Of a stretch of 64,000 nucleotides of DNA, positions 1 through 8,828 are shown piece after piece. The notes beneath the pieces were generated by a model, which had not been told where the DNA came from, did not search any database, and saw only the letters and a program-made list of their open reading frames with translations. The position numbers and the translations under genes were made by a program. The number at the start of each line of letters is the position of its first letter. Within the stretch, counting starts at the first letter, position 1. This stretch comes from a virus: IMG/VR virus record IMGVR_UViG_3300021364_003460, positions 32,001-96,000 of that record; one strand, given 5' to 3'.

Positions 1-9
1 TTTTTTACT

Positions 10-660
10 ATGCACTATTTACTAGAAACAAAAGAATGTGAAGAGTATGGAGGTATAGGATTTATTATCAAAGGTAAACCTAACAGACCTCATTTTCAAC
101 CATCTCAATCAGCATTAGGGTTAACCCATGATATACTAGAACATTCTTATAAACCAATAGGTAATGCTGTAGAAGATGAACTCTTTGCTTTAGGAGCCTT
201 TTACTATATAAGAATACTAGGTTGTTATGATAATGGTTGTAGGTACTCTACAGTACAAGATTTAGGAAGTGAAATAGCAGACTTATTAGGATATCAAAAA
301 GACTATCTGCAAGATCCTAAACAATACTGGACTAAAGATAAATATGTTAATGCTGACTTAAAAGAAGCAGCTAGAAAAGGTATTAAACTTTATAAAGAAG
401 AATACCAAGATGAAGATTACATACCAGACTTTAATCAAAAATATATAATAGGTTGGTTAGCTAAAGGTTACTCCTACACTAAGGTTAGATATAAGAAATG
501 GGATTCTTATGAGTTGGCTTACAAGTTTAAAAGAGTATCTAATCAGCTAGAAAAATTAGTTAAGTCTATAGATTATGAAGGTCAGCAGTTTAAGCTAAAC
601 ATAAACCTGCAAACAGATAAAGTTACTTGGGAGGAATTACATGAAGAAGCTTACTATTAA
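10..660 (+). CDS. hypothetical protein
   Basis: 216-aa ORF; HDILEH could be a metal-binding motif; no family recognised. Confidence 0.6.
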   Translation: MHYLLETKECEEYGGIGFIIKGKPNRPHFQPSQSALGLTHDILEHSYKPIGNAVEDELFALGAFYYIRILGCYDNGCRYSTVQDLGSEIADLLGYQKDYLQDPKQYWTKDKYVNADLKEAARKGIKLYKEEYQDEDYIPDFNQKYIIGWLAKGYSYTKVRYKKWDSYELAYKFKRVSNQLEKLVKSIDYEGQQFKLNINLQTDKVTWEELHEEAYY

Positions 661-766
661 GCAGACGGAAGATAAATTAATTTTAAAGTTTGACAATATT
701 AGTCAACATGAAGCTGATTACTGGGAAGGTATTTATCTCAAGCAGCTTTACTATAACACTATGTAA
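641..766 (+). CDS. small hypothetical protein (41 aa), possibly frameshifted
   Basis: GAGGA before ATG 641, overlapping the previous gene; another frame continues ISSSFTITLCKWLVEVKDRNLL*. Confidence 0.35.
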   Translation: MKKLTIKQTEDKLILKFDNISQHEADYWEGIYLKQLYYNTM

Positions 767-827
767 ATGGCTAGTAGAAGTTAAAGATAGAAATTTATTA
801 TAGTTAACAATCCTGAAAGTAAACAAA

Positions 828-1373
828 ATGACTAGAATAATTACAGTAACAGGTCATAGACCTAAGTATTTTAAAAATGGCTATAGTGAGCAGCATAATA
901 AACTTCTCTATAACTTATTTTATAACTGGCTATTTAAAGCTCACTCTGAGAATACAATAGATATCTACATCTCAGGTATGGCGTTGGGAGTAGATATTCA
1001 GTCAACTAAAGCTGCTTTAGATTTAGAGATACCTGTAATAGCAGGAGTACCATTTAAAAACCAAGATGCTAGGTGGTCAGTTAAACAACAAGCTGAGTAC
1101 AGACATTTGCTAACTTTAGTAAAAGAAGTAGTTTATGTAGATGAGCTAACTGACTCCCAATACTTAGTTAAGAACAGTAAACCAGGTTTATATAATCCTT
1201 ACAAACTGCTATTAAGAAACAACTGGATGATTGACCAATGTACAGAAGTGTTAGCCCTTTGGAACAGAAACCCAGAGGGAGGAACTTATCAGGCAGTAAA
1301 GTATGCTAAAAGTAAAGGGCTAACTATAACTAACTTGTGGGATAAATATGAAACTTACAATCAAAGAAGCTAG
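828..1373 (+). CDS. SLOG superfamily protein (YspA/DUF1273-like)
   Basis: Motifs VTGHRP, ISGMALGVD, RNNWMID, GGTYQAVKYA. Confidence 0.85.
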   Translation: MTRIITVTGHRPKYFKNGYSEQHNKLLYNLFYNWLFKAHSENTIDIYISGMALGVDIQSTKAALDLEIPVIAGVPFKNQDARWSVKQQAEYRHLLTLVKEVVYVDELTDSQYLVKNSKPGLYNPYKLLLRNNWMIDQCTEVLALWNRNPEGGTYQAVKYAKSKGLTITNLWDKYETYNQRS

Positions 1374-1581
1374 ATATCTAGTTAAAGGGTTAGAAGAGTT
1401 AATCAGCAGTATAGATTTACTAGCTGAAATTTATGCACCTACTGACAAAAAAGAAGAGATTGCTGAGATTGTAGAAAAGCAAAGTGAGGGGTTACTTAAA
1501 TTACACAGAGAGTTAAGTGAATATATAACTAAAGTTGAGTGTACAACTCAAATAGAATTTAACTTTGAAGATTACTTATGA
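1348..1581 (+). CDS. hypothetical protein
   Basis: 77-aa ORF overlapping both neighbours. Confidence 0.6.
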   Translation: MKLTIKEARYLVKGLEELISSIDLLAEIYAPTDKKEEIAEIVEKQSEGLLKLHRELSEYITKVECTTQIEFNFEDYL

Positions 1582-1842
1582 ACTTAGAAACTATACAAGT
1601 TTAAAAAAGTGCAATGGGTACAGATATTTATGTACCTTATCTTAGTAATCTAAATAATAAAAAGATAATTTGTGTTACTGTTTCAGATAGTGAAATTAAT
1701 TTAGCTTCTACAAGTACACTTAATAAAACAGGTCAACAAGCTCTACAAGATGGTTTACTTCTAGCTAAGTTGTTACAGAAGTATAATATTGATATAAAAA
1801 GTTAACCTAGAACCTTCTACTATTAAGAGACTTTTAAATTAA
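1578..1842 (+). pseudogene. disrupted hypothetical gene
   Basis: ATG 1578 (ATGA overlap) is in frame with ORF 1614 across TAA 1602-1604; a shift at the A5 run 1796-1800 gives VNLEPSTIKRLLN* ending in a TAATG overlap with the next gene. Confidence 0.55.
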
Positions 1843-2162
1843 TGAATAATTATGCAAATTTAGCAAGAGAAAAAATACGTTCTATTATAAATAGAGAAAA
1901 TAATAGAAGAGAACTGTGGTTAAAAAGTTGCTGTAATAAACTCTACCCTACCCTAAGTATTGAAGAGTTATCTAGAATAATAAAGTGCATGGAGCTAACT
2001 ATCTATAAAGATGTAGATAATGACGTAGAATACTTAGCTTATGCACGTGACTTTGTAGAAGGAAAACATATAGATTACATAGCTAGTTTTTATAAATAAG
2101 GTTATACTTTACCTACTTTTAAAGATGGAGAACTACAGAAAACTAGGCATTACTATGAATAA
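1842..2162 (+). pseudogene. hypothetical gene with probable premature stop
   Basis: After TAA 2097-2099 the frame stays open (GYTLPTFKDGELQKTRHYYE*) until it overlaps the next ATG at 2155. Confidence 0.45.
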
Positions 2163-2760
2163 AGTAGAACAAAAGATTGTGTTTGGGGTAGATGGAGTAG
2201 CTAGAGGTAATTATGCAGGTATCAACATTTGGTGTATATGCTGAATACCTGAAGGAGTTATCTTACCTGTAAAAGACTCTAAGAAGACTAACAAAAAACA
2301 GAGAATAGAGATAGTAAACCAGATTAAGGATAAGTGTATATGGAGTTTAGGTAGTAGCACTCCTCAGCAAATAGATAGTTTTATTAATGGTATAAATGCA
2401 GCAGAACAACTATCTTTAATGTCAGCTTATAAAGTATTAGAAGAAAGAGGATACCAAGTTAAAGAGGTATATGGAGACTTAGGTATGCCTTCTATATCAG
2501 GATTTAAATCTATTAAACTAAAAGATGCAGATGATTCTATTCCAGCAGTCTCAGCAGCTTCTATCTTTGCTAAGTATGCTTTGGATTTATATTGGGAAAG
2601 GGTTCATGAATATTACCCTCAATATGAGTTTACTAAGAATGCTGGCTATGGAGTCAAAGCTAAAGAAAAAATAACTGAGTTTGAGTTGATTGAAGGCGTA
2701 CATAGATGTAGTTACAAACCTTGTAGTAAGTATTTAGAATCATGCTTGAACAAAGTTTAA
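2155..2760 (+). pseudogene. rnhB: ribonuclease HII, disrupted
   Basis: GVDGVARG..AG (canonical GVDEAGRG), VKDSKK, SAASIFAK, NAGYG, HRCSY; in-frame TGA at 2242-2244; ATG 2155 is in frame with ORF 2419. Confidence 0.85.
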
Positions 2761-2960
2761 TCAATTATTTAAATAAGTTGTTACCTATCATTACAAATGA
2801 AGATTTAAACATAGTAGAAATAGTAACTATTTTCCAAGAAATAGACTTACATTTAAGTAGAGAATTAAATAATGAAATAAAAGGTTACTATTCTTCTTAT
2901 GATGAAGAAGAAGGTATTTACTTTATGTATGATAAGTTTTTAGGGTGGCAAGTAATATGA
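2742..2960 (+). CDS. hypothetical protein
   Basis: 72-aa ORF with overlaps on both sides. Confidence 0.55.
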   Translation: MLEQSLINYLNKLLPIITNEDLNIVEIVTIFQEIDLHLSRELNNEIKGYYSSYDEEEGIYFMYDKFLGWQVI

Positions 2961-3424
2961 GAAAAGTAATTAGAGATAACAAAGTTGCAGTCATCTTAGG
3001 TAACAGGTGGTACACCTCTAACAAAGTATTAGAGTGGGCTTTCTTACCAGAATTAGTTGAGTTAATAGAGTCAGTAGCATATCAAGACATGACTGAAGAA
3101 AAGTCTTATTTTTATAGAGAGAAAAAGCAGCAAATGGTGATAGATTGTTTGCTTAAAGTAGGGTATCAGTTTACTGAAAAAGATTTAGATATTAATAATT
3201 ATTTAAGAGAGTCTGATATTGACACACTCTCAAATATAGAAATAAGTGAACCTGTAGTAATTGCTGATAAATATCTTAATAATAAATTAATTAATGGAGA
3301 TAATTTATATATAGAGTGGGCTGATTGTAATAGAGACTTCTCAATTGATTATTCAGACTATGGTGAATACATAATCTATAAAGATAATATTAAGTGGCTA
3401 AATATAGATGAAAAAGATAACTAA
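2957..3424 (+). CDS. hypothetical phage protein, paralogue of 44953..45483
   Basis: Shared N-terminus RK.IRDNKV..I....WYTS......FLPEL.E..ES; ATGA overlap favours start 2957. Confidence 0.65.
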   Translation: MRKVIRDNKVAVILGNRWYTSNKVLEWAFLPELVELIESVAYQDMTEEKSYFYREKKQQMVIDCLLKVGYQFTEKDLDINNYLRESDIDTLSNIEISEPVVIADKYLNNKLINGDNLYIEWADCNRDFSIDYSDYGEYIIYKDNIKWLNIDEKDN

Positions 3425-3983
3425 AGAAGAGCTATTGACCTATACTAAACCTACTATATTTGAAATAACTTCATGTACTGATACTGAAGAAGAAAAACAT
3501 TATCCAGATAGTTTATGTTTATATGTGAGTCCCCATTGTGAATGTGAAGGATTTGGAGCTTACTTAATTGGAGAGTTTCATACAGAGTATAGCTATGAAA
3601 CTCTTTATTTAACAAGAAGTATAAACTGGGTCTGGGTTTATGAAGAACAAGATTTAATTAACTTAAGAAATCTAATTGATGGAGTTTTAAAAGGTATTAG
3701 TGTAATAGATGTAGAGTGTAGGATAATCAATGAAAATAGTTTACTAGTTAGAGGATACTATTTACCTCTGTATATTAAAGAAGAATTAAAGAAAACTAGT
3801 TTACTTATTAAAGCTATTAATAAGGTTTTAGATTATAAGGGCTACAAAGTAATAGGAATTATTAAAGAAGAAATAATTATAGGTGGTTGCTATAACTATT
3901 ACAGTCACCCTTATGATACTTCTTTACTAGATAAAATATTAAGTTTTGAAGGTTGTGAATTTAAAAAATATAAAGGAGAATAA
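3408..3983 (+). CDS. hypothetical protein
   Basis: 191-aa ORF. Confidence 0.6.
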   Translation: MKKITKEELLTYTKPTIFEITSCTDTEEEKHYPDSLCLYVSPHCECEGFGAYLIGEFHTEYSYETLYLTRSINWVWVYEEQDLINLRNLIDGVLKGISVIDVECRIINENSLLVRGYYLPLYIKEELKKTSLLIKAINKVLDYKGYKVIGIIKEEIIIGGCYNYYSHPYDTSLLDKILSFEGCEFKKYKGE

Positions 3984-3986
3984 TAT

Positions 3987-4850
3987 ATGTTTGACACAAT
4001 TGAATCAAGTAATTTACCAGCTAACTGGGATAACTATACATTAGAAGAAAGATTACAATATTTAGATAGACAAGAGGCTGCCAAACAAGTTAGAACTTTT
4101 GATTATCCTTTAGACAGTAGCAAACTTAGTAGAAGAAATCCTACAGTTAATGATAAATATATTAATCTGATAAAAGTATTCTTTGCTATTAGAGAAGAAT
4201 GCCATAGGGGTAACTTGGGTACTACATCCAGAGGACAACTAAAAGAATTAAGGTCTATTGAAAAGTTTGAGAAAGTATTTATGTTAAGGTTTACTAACTG
4301 TAGACCTCAATTCTTTAGCTTCAAAAAAGCTGCTGAACTAACAGGACTTTCTGTAGAAGATATAAATAATATTAAAGCTAAACCAAACGGTAAGTATGAA
4401 GGTATTAGATTTGATATTACAGACTTCTTTAACTTGATTGAAGAAACTACTAAAGCAGACTGGGAACAAGATATCTACTCTGCTACTTTGTTTGATAGTG
4501 ATTTAGAAAGGTTGTTGTATAGAGATGTTTTCTATCAAGATAAGATGGTGCAGCTTAAAGAGCATTACTGTTTTAGAAAGCTGTGTACTTATGAGAATGA
4601 AAGAATCAACCCTAATAAAGTTGAATATGCTAAGTTCACTCCAGAGGATAAACAACTACCTGATTGGTATATTCACTTTAGATATGGTACTTTTGATGAA
4701 CTTAAAAGAAAAGAACAATTAGTAGCGTTCTTTAATAACTATGATGATAGATATGATTCTAATGTAGATTACCAAGTTGAGCCAGCTACAGAAGAGCAAA
4801 TTAAAATACACAGAAGTTGGAAGAATAATAACAAAGAAGTGAAAAACTAA
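3987..4850 (+). CDS. hypothetical protein
   Basis: 287-aa ORF preceded by GGAG. Confidence 0.65.
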   Translation: MFDTIESSNLPANWDNYTLEERLQYLDRQEAAKQVRTFDYPLDSSKLSRRNPTVNDKYINLIKVFFAIREECHRGNLGTTSRGQLKELRSIEKFEKVFMLRFTNCRPQFFSFKKAAELTGLSVEDINNIKAKPNGKYEGIRFDITDFFNLIEETTKADWEQDIYSATLFDSDLERLLYRDVFYQDKMVQLKEHYCFRKLCTYENERINPNKVEYAKFTPEDKQLPDWYIHFRYGTFDELKRKEQLVAFFNNYDDRYDSNVDYQVEPATEEQIKIHRSWKNNNKEVKN

Positions 4851-4866
4851 AGGAGGAACTTTATAT

Positions 4867-5454
4867 ATGTTCAATACTATTGTTAGAGTAGATACAGTTT
4901 TAAGAAACTTAGGAGCAACTATACCTAGTGCAGTATGGAATAATATTAGAAATAAAGATGGAGAAATCTTTAACTATGTAGTAATGAAGGATAAAGAAAC
5001 TGGAGTAGAATATATTCAAGAGTCTGCATTAGGTTTACTTAAATCTATGTATCAAAGATTATATGAAGAACCTAATTATCCTACTACAGAAAACTTAACT
5101 AAGCAAAAAGTTCAGTTAATCACTCAATACAAATATGTAATTGAAGGTAAAGGTTTCAATGACTCAGAAGAATTAAGATTATACTTATCTCAAATGTTGA
5201 GGTCTTATAAAGAGAATCAAAGTTTAACTCAACAAGATAAAGCTTTCTTGGGAGACTTGCTATCTAGGAGTCTTATTGTCAAAGATGAAGTTAATAAATA
5301 TGGTAAAGTAGTTGACTTGATGGTGGCTATTAAACCAGGACACAAGAGTAAAACTTTTCATATAATCTACTCTAATGGTAGAAAGCAGAGTATTAGTATG
5401 AAGAATTATGTTGACCCTGGTAAAGAAGTGTTGGTTAATATTTGGGAAAATTAA
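4867..5454 (+). CDS. hypothetical protein with possible DUF3223-like C-terminal domain
   Basis: AGGAGG RBS; D.AFL.DLL...KSKTFHIIYSNG..QSISMK resembles DUF3223 from memory. Confidence 0.4.
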   Translation: MFNTIVRVDTVLRNLGATIPSAVWNNIRNKDGEIFNYVVMKDKETGVEYIQESALGLLKSMYQRLYEEPNYPTTENLTKQKVQLITQYKYVIEGKGFNDSEELRLYLSQMLRSYKENQSLTQQDKAFLGDLLSRSLIVKDEVNKYGKVVDLMVAIKPGHKSKTFHIIYSNGRKQSISMKNYVDPGKEVLVNIWEN

Positions 5455-6288
5455 ATGAATATTAGAGCTACTGAATATTTAATTAACAATAAAGGTAAAC
5501 AAGGTATTTATTTCTATGGTTCTAAAATCTATAGTTTTGATGTACCTGACCAATTAGCCAGCTATGAGTTTGTCCTGTTTCTAAAAGATAATGAAGGTAA
5601 TGTAGAACCTATTACTTTTATAGATACCTTAAATTTAAGAAATTTACCTACTAAGCAAATTAAATTACGTAAATTCTTAGATACTGATAACCCTATTAAA
5701 ACTATAGTTGACTGGGATACTTTTGTACAACAAACTCAACCTGAACTTTATAAGTACCATAAAAAAAGGTTACTTAGAAAAGCAGCTAAAGTTATACCTT
5801 CTAAAAAAGAGATAGTAGTGCCTTGGCTTAGTGAAGAGGATAAGTTAGATTTCTTAGAGTTTACTAATAACCATGCTTTTAGTTTTGAGCTAGAAAGTAA
5901 ATATGGAGCAGCAGCTTGTATAAGTAGTTCCCAAATATTTGGTTACTCTAATTATCCTTTTGACCTAGCTCCTCTAGAAGAAGTCTGGAGAGATGTAGAT
6001 TTACCCTATGGATTTACTTATAAATCTACAAGAGATAAAGTAATAGACTTTAATAATTTTCCTTTAAATATACAATTAGAGTTAGCTAAAAGGTATATTA
6101 ATTCCATTAAGCACTCAGAGAAGTATTTACCTTACCAGGTTTATCTAGCAGGTACAGATGACTTTTCTTATAGTAAATACTTTTGTACTTTAGAGGAAGC
6201 TGAACAAGAGTTAGATTACTTAAGAATGATGCAACCTTTAGACGTTAAATTAGATATTTTAGATAGAGGATATTTGTTTACTAATTAA
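5455..6288 (+). CDS. hypothetical protein
   Basis: 277-aa ORF abutting the previous stop. Confidence 0.6.
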   Translation: MNIRATEYLINNKGKQGIYFYGSKIYSFDVPDQLASYEFVLFLKDNEGNVEPITFIDTLNLRNLPTKQIKLRKFLDTDNPIKTIVDWDTFVQQTQPELYKYHKKRLLRKAAKVIPSKKEIVVPWLSEEDKLDFLEFTNNHAFSFELESKYGAAACISSSQIFGYSNYPFDLAPLEEVWRDVDLPYGFTYKSTRDKVIDFNNFPLNIQLELAKRYINSIKHSEKYLPYQVYLAGTDDFSYSKYFCTLEEAEQELDYLRMMQPLDVKLDILDRGYLFTN

Positions 6289-6290
6289 CT

Positions 6291-6569
6291 ATGATTGATA
6301 CATTAAACTTATACCCAGACTTTGTAATGTCAGAAGTTTGGAACTATTATCTAACTAAAATTAGAGAGCTCTCTCCTAAGTTAGCTGATATTATTAACAA
6401 ATATGGAATAGGCACTAAAGTTAACTTAGATGGGTATGACTTTGAAAGTGGACAGCTATTAGATGACATTCCTAAAGTTTACAAAAAAGAGATATATGAG
6501 TCTACTGTTTATGATTTAATATGTGAGTTAGCTAATGAATATGGAAATTGGTGTTTACAGCATAGCTAA
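6291..6569 (+). CDS. hypothetical protein
   Basis: 92-aa ORF. Confidence 0.55.
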   Translation: MIDTLNLYPDFVMSEVWNYYLTKIRELSPKLADIINKYGIGTKVNLDGYDFESGQLLDDIPKVYKKEIYESTVYDLICELANEYGNWCLQHS

Positions 6570-6762
6570 CTGCCCTAACTGTAAAAAGTTAGTAATACCT
6601 ACCTCTTCTGGTGGAGTGGGCTATGTACACAAAGAATACTTTTATGAAGAGCAAGAAGTTTGGAGTTACACTTGCCCTGAATGTAACTACTCTGATATAG
6701 ATGATAACTGGAGTATTGAAGAAGGATTTTGTAATTTAGAAGAGAAGGAATATTATACTTGA
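6535..6762 (+). CDS. zinc-ribbon protein
   Basis: CPNC and CPEC pairs. Confidence 0.55.
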   Translation: MNMEIGVYSIANCPNCKKLVIPTSSGGVGYVHKEYFYEEQEVWSYTCPECNYSDIDDNWSIEEGFCNLEEKEYYT

Positions 6763-7181
6763 CTGAACTAATTAAAATAGCTTCAATGAGAGGTAATCTA
6801 TTTCCTGAATTAGGTTATATAAATATTAGAGTAGATAGAGCTTCTGTACTGGGTAATCCTTTTGAGCTAACTAAAGAAGAAGATAGAGATAGAGTATGTG
6901 ATGCTTATGAAGAGTGGTTTCAATTTAACTTAAGTGAAAGTTACAAAGAAAATCACTATATTGATTTATCTTATTGGACTAATAAAGGTTTTAAGATAGC
7001 AGCCAAGTTTAAAGAACCAAGTTGTCAGCAAGTTACTAATGAAGTTAACAGACATGTAGATTTATTGTTTGAGGGTAAAAAGATTAGGTATATTTGTTGG
7101 TGCAAAAAACCTAAAGTAGAAGTTAGATGTCACGCTGACTCCATTAAAAAAGAAGTGTTAAGGAAATATAATACAAACTAA
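6759..7181 (+). CDS. DUF4326 family protein
   Basis: RVDRASVLGNPF and ICWCK....CHAD motifs. Confidence 0.75.
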   Translation: MTELIKIASMRGNLFPELGYINIRVDRASVLGNPFELTKEEDRDRVCDAYEEWFQFNLSESYKENHYIDLSYWTNKGFKIAAKFKEPSCQQVTNEVNRHVDLLFEGKKIRYICWCKKPKVEVRCHADSIKKEVLRKYNTN

Positions 7182-7199
7182 AACAAGAGAATTATTTAA

Positions 7200-7427
7200 C
7201 TTTGTTGTACTAATAAAAAATTCCCATATTGGGACTTTTCTAACTATGCTCCTACAGCAGATAATAAGTTTATTAGCCTCTATTGCTAAGAAGATACAGG
7301 TACTATAGATATTAGTTTACTAGATAATAATATGACTAATATATCAACAGTCTTAGAAGTAGGTGATCGCTCACAGATAACTACAGTGCTAGATATACTA
7401 CTGTTTGCTATAGAAAAAGATGAATAA
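7200..7427 (+). pseudogene. disrupted hypothetical gene
   Basis: Frame LCCTNKKFPYWDF...SLYC*EDTGTID...FAIEKDE* with TAA 7287-7289, ending in an overlap with ATG 7420; start not identifiable. Confidence 0.4.
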
Positions 7428-7602
7428 AACTATGTGGGTTGAAGTTAAAAAGCCAACTACTTTAAATAAGTTTACAGAGTTAATACTCTTACAAGAAGAA
7501 ATAGAAAAGTTATTAAAAGAGTATGCTAACTTAAACAAAGAAGATGCAGAATTCAAAGAAGTATACCTTGAATATGGAAGAAAGGATTTAATAAAAACTT
7601 AG
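7420..7602 (+). CDS. hypothetical protein
   Basis: 60-aa ORF. Confidence 0.5.
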   Translation: MNKTMWVEVKKPTTLNKFTELILLQEEIEKLLKEYANLNKEDAEFKEVYLEYGRKDLIKT

Positions 7603-8067
7603 ATGAATACTTTAAACATCATAAACAAAGATATTCTAACTGTAGAGAAAGGTATCATAGTTCAACAAGTTAATGCTATAGGTAAAACTGGAGCTGGGCT
7701 AAGTGGAGCTATTAATACTAAGTATCCTAACGTTAGAGAACTATACTTAAAGATTAAAGAGTTAGATGGATTACAAATGGGAAATGTTATCTGGTCTAAA
7801 CCAACTAAAAACCTTTTCATAGCTTCTATAGTAGGGCAACAAAATGTAGGAACTTACAAAGTGCAAACTAATTTTGATGCCTTAAGAAAAGGATTACAAG
7901 AAGTAGCTAGGATAGTTAAAAATGGACATGAGGTGTTCATCCCTTACTATTTAGGTTCTGGCTTAGGAGGAGGACCAACTCAACAGACTAAACAAGAAAC
8001 ATGGGAGAAGGTAAGTAACATTATTTGGGAAGAAATACCTGATGCAATCATTTGTAGGAAAGTTTAA
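7603..8067 (+). CDS. macro domain protein (Poa1p/TARG1-like ADP-ribose hydrolase)
   Basis: KDIL, IIVQQVNA.G..GAGLSGAI..KYP, T...ALRKGL, IPY.LGSGLGGG..W. Confidence 0.8.
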   Translation: MNTLNIINKDILTVEKGIIVQQVNAIGKTGAGLSGAINTKYPNVRELYLKIKELDGLQMGNVIWSKPTKNLFIASIVGQQNVGTYKVQTNFDALRKGLQEVARIVKNGHEVFIPYYLGSGLGGGPTQQTKQETWEKVSNIIWEEIPDAIICRKV

Positions 8068-8086
8068 AGATTCTCTTTAGAGAAAG

Positions 8087-8106
8087 CTCAGTTAAAGCTG
8101 ACTGAG
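8087..8106 (+). terminator. putative intrinsic terminator
   Basis: CTCAGT/ACTGAG stem followed by TTTATTTT. Confidence 0.45.
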
Positions 8107-8141
8107 TTTATTTTAATAGTTAAAGTTTAGAAAACATAATA

Positions 8142-8789
8142 ATGACTACAGAAGTAAGACTAAAGAAAACTTACAAGTCTGGCAGCAATGGGGATACTGG
8201 AATGAGTTATGTATTACATAACAGACCTCCTATTCTCAAATCTTCTCCTGCTTGTAAAGTTCAAGGTGAAATAGAAAAAGTAAGGCATAACATAGAAGAG
8301 TTACTGTATTCTTGTACTCTAATTCAAGAAGACTTAACTTATGTTCTTACTTGGTTAGATAGAAATCTATTTTCTCTAGCTAGTTTCTGTTATATGAAAG
8401 GAGAAAGTAGCAATCATGTATTACCTACAGAGTTGTTAGATTTCTTAGATAAGAAAACTGCTGAATTGAAAGTAGAAGTAGGTGATTGCCAAGACTTCTT
8501 AAATCAATCTCACATTAATCTGATTAAGTTAGATGGTATTAGAATTGAAGTTAGACAACTAGAGTCAGCTTATGTAGCTTGGTGGCATACTCAAGAAATG
8601 ATATCTTTCCTTATGGATAGAGATGACTTAATTACAGGAGTAAAACATCATGCAGCTATATTAAATAGATTGTCAGCTTACTTGTTTGAAGCTACTAGAA
8701 TGGAAGCTAAACTAATGAATACTAAAGATATTTATGTAGAGCAAAGACCTTGGCAAGCTAACTTAGAATCTTTTAATCCACCTTTATAA
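8142..8789 (+). CDS. pduO: PduO-type cob(I)alamin adenosyltransferase-like protein
   Basis: TYKSGSNGDTG (cf. YTxTGDxG), K.S...K..G.IE, RIEVRQLE (cf. RtvcRRaER), LNRLSAYLF (cf. LNRLSDxLF); directly upstream of nrdJ. Confidence 0.7.
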   Translation: MTTEVRLKKTYKSGSNGDTGMSYVLHNRPPILKSSPACKVQGEIEKVRHNIEELLYSCTLIQEDLTYVLTWLDRNLFSLASFCYMKGESSNHVLPTELLDFLDKKTAELKVEVGDCQDFLNQSHINLIKLDGIRIEVRQLESAYVAWWHTQEMISFLMDRDDLITGVKHHAAILNRLSAYLFEATRMEAKLMNTKDIYVEQRPWQANLESFNPPL

Positions 8790-8828
8790 TAGAATTTATA
8801 TAAACTTACAATTTAATAACAACTAAAC

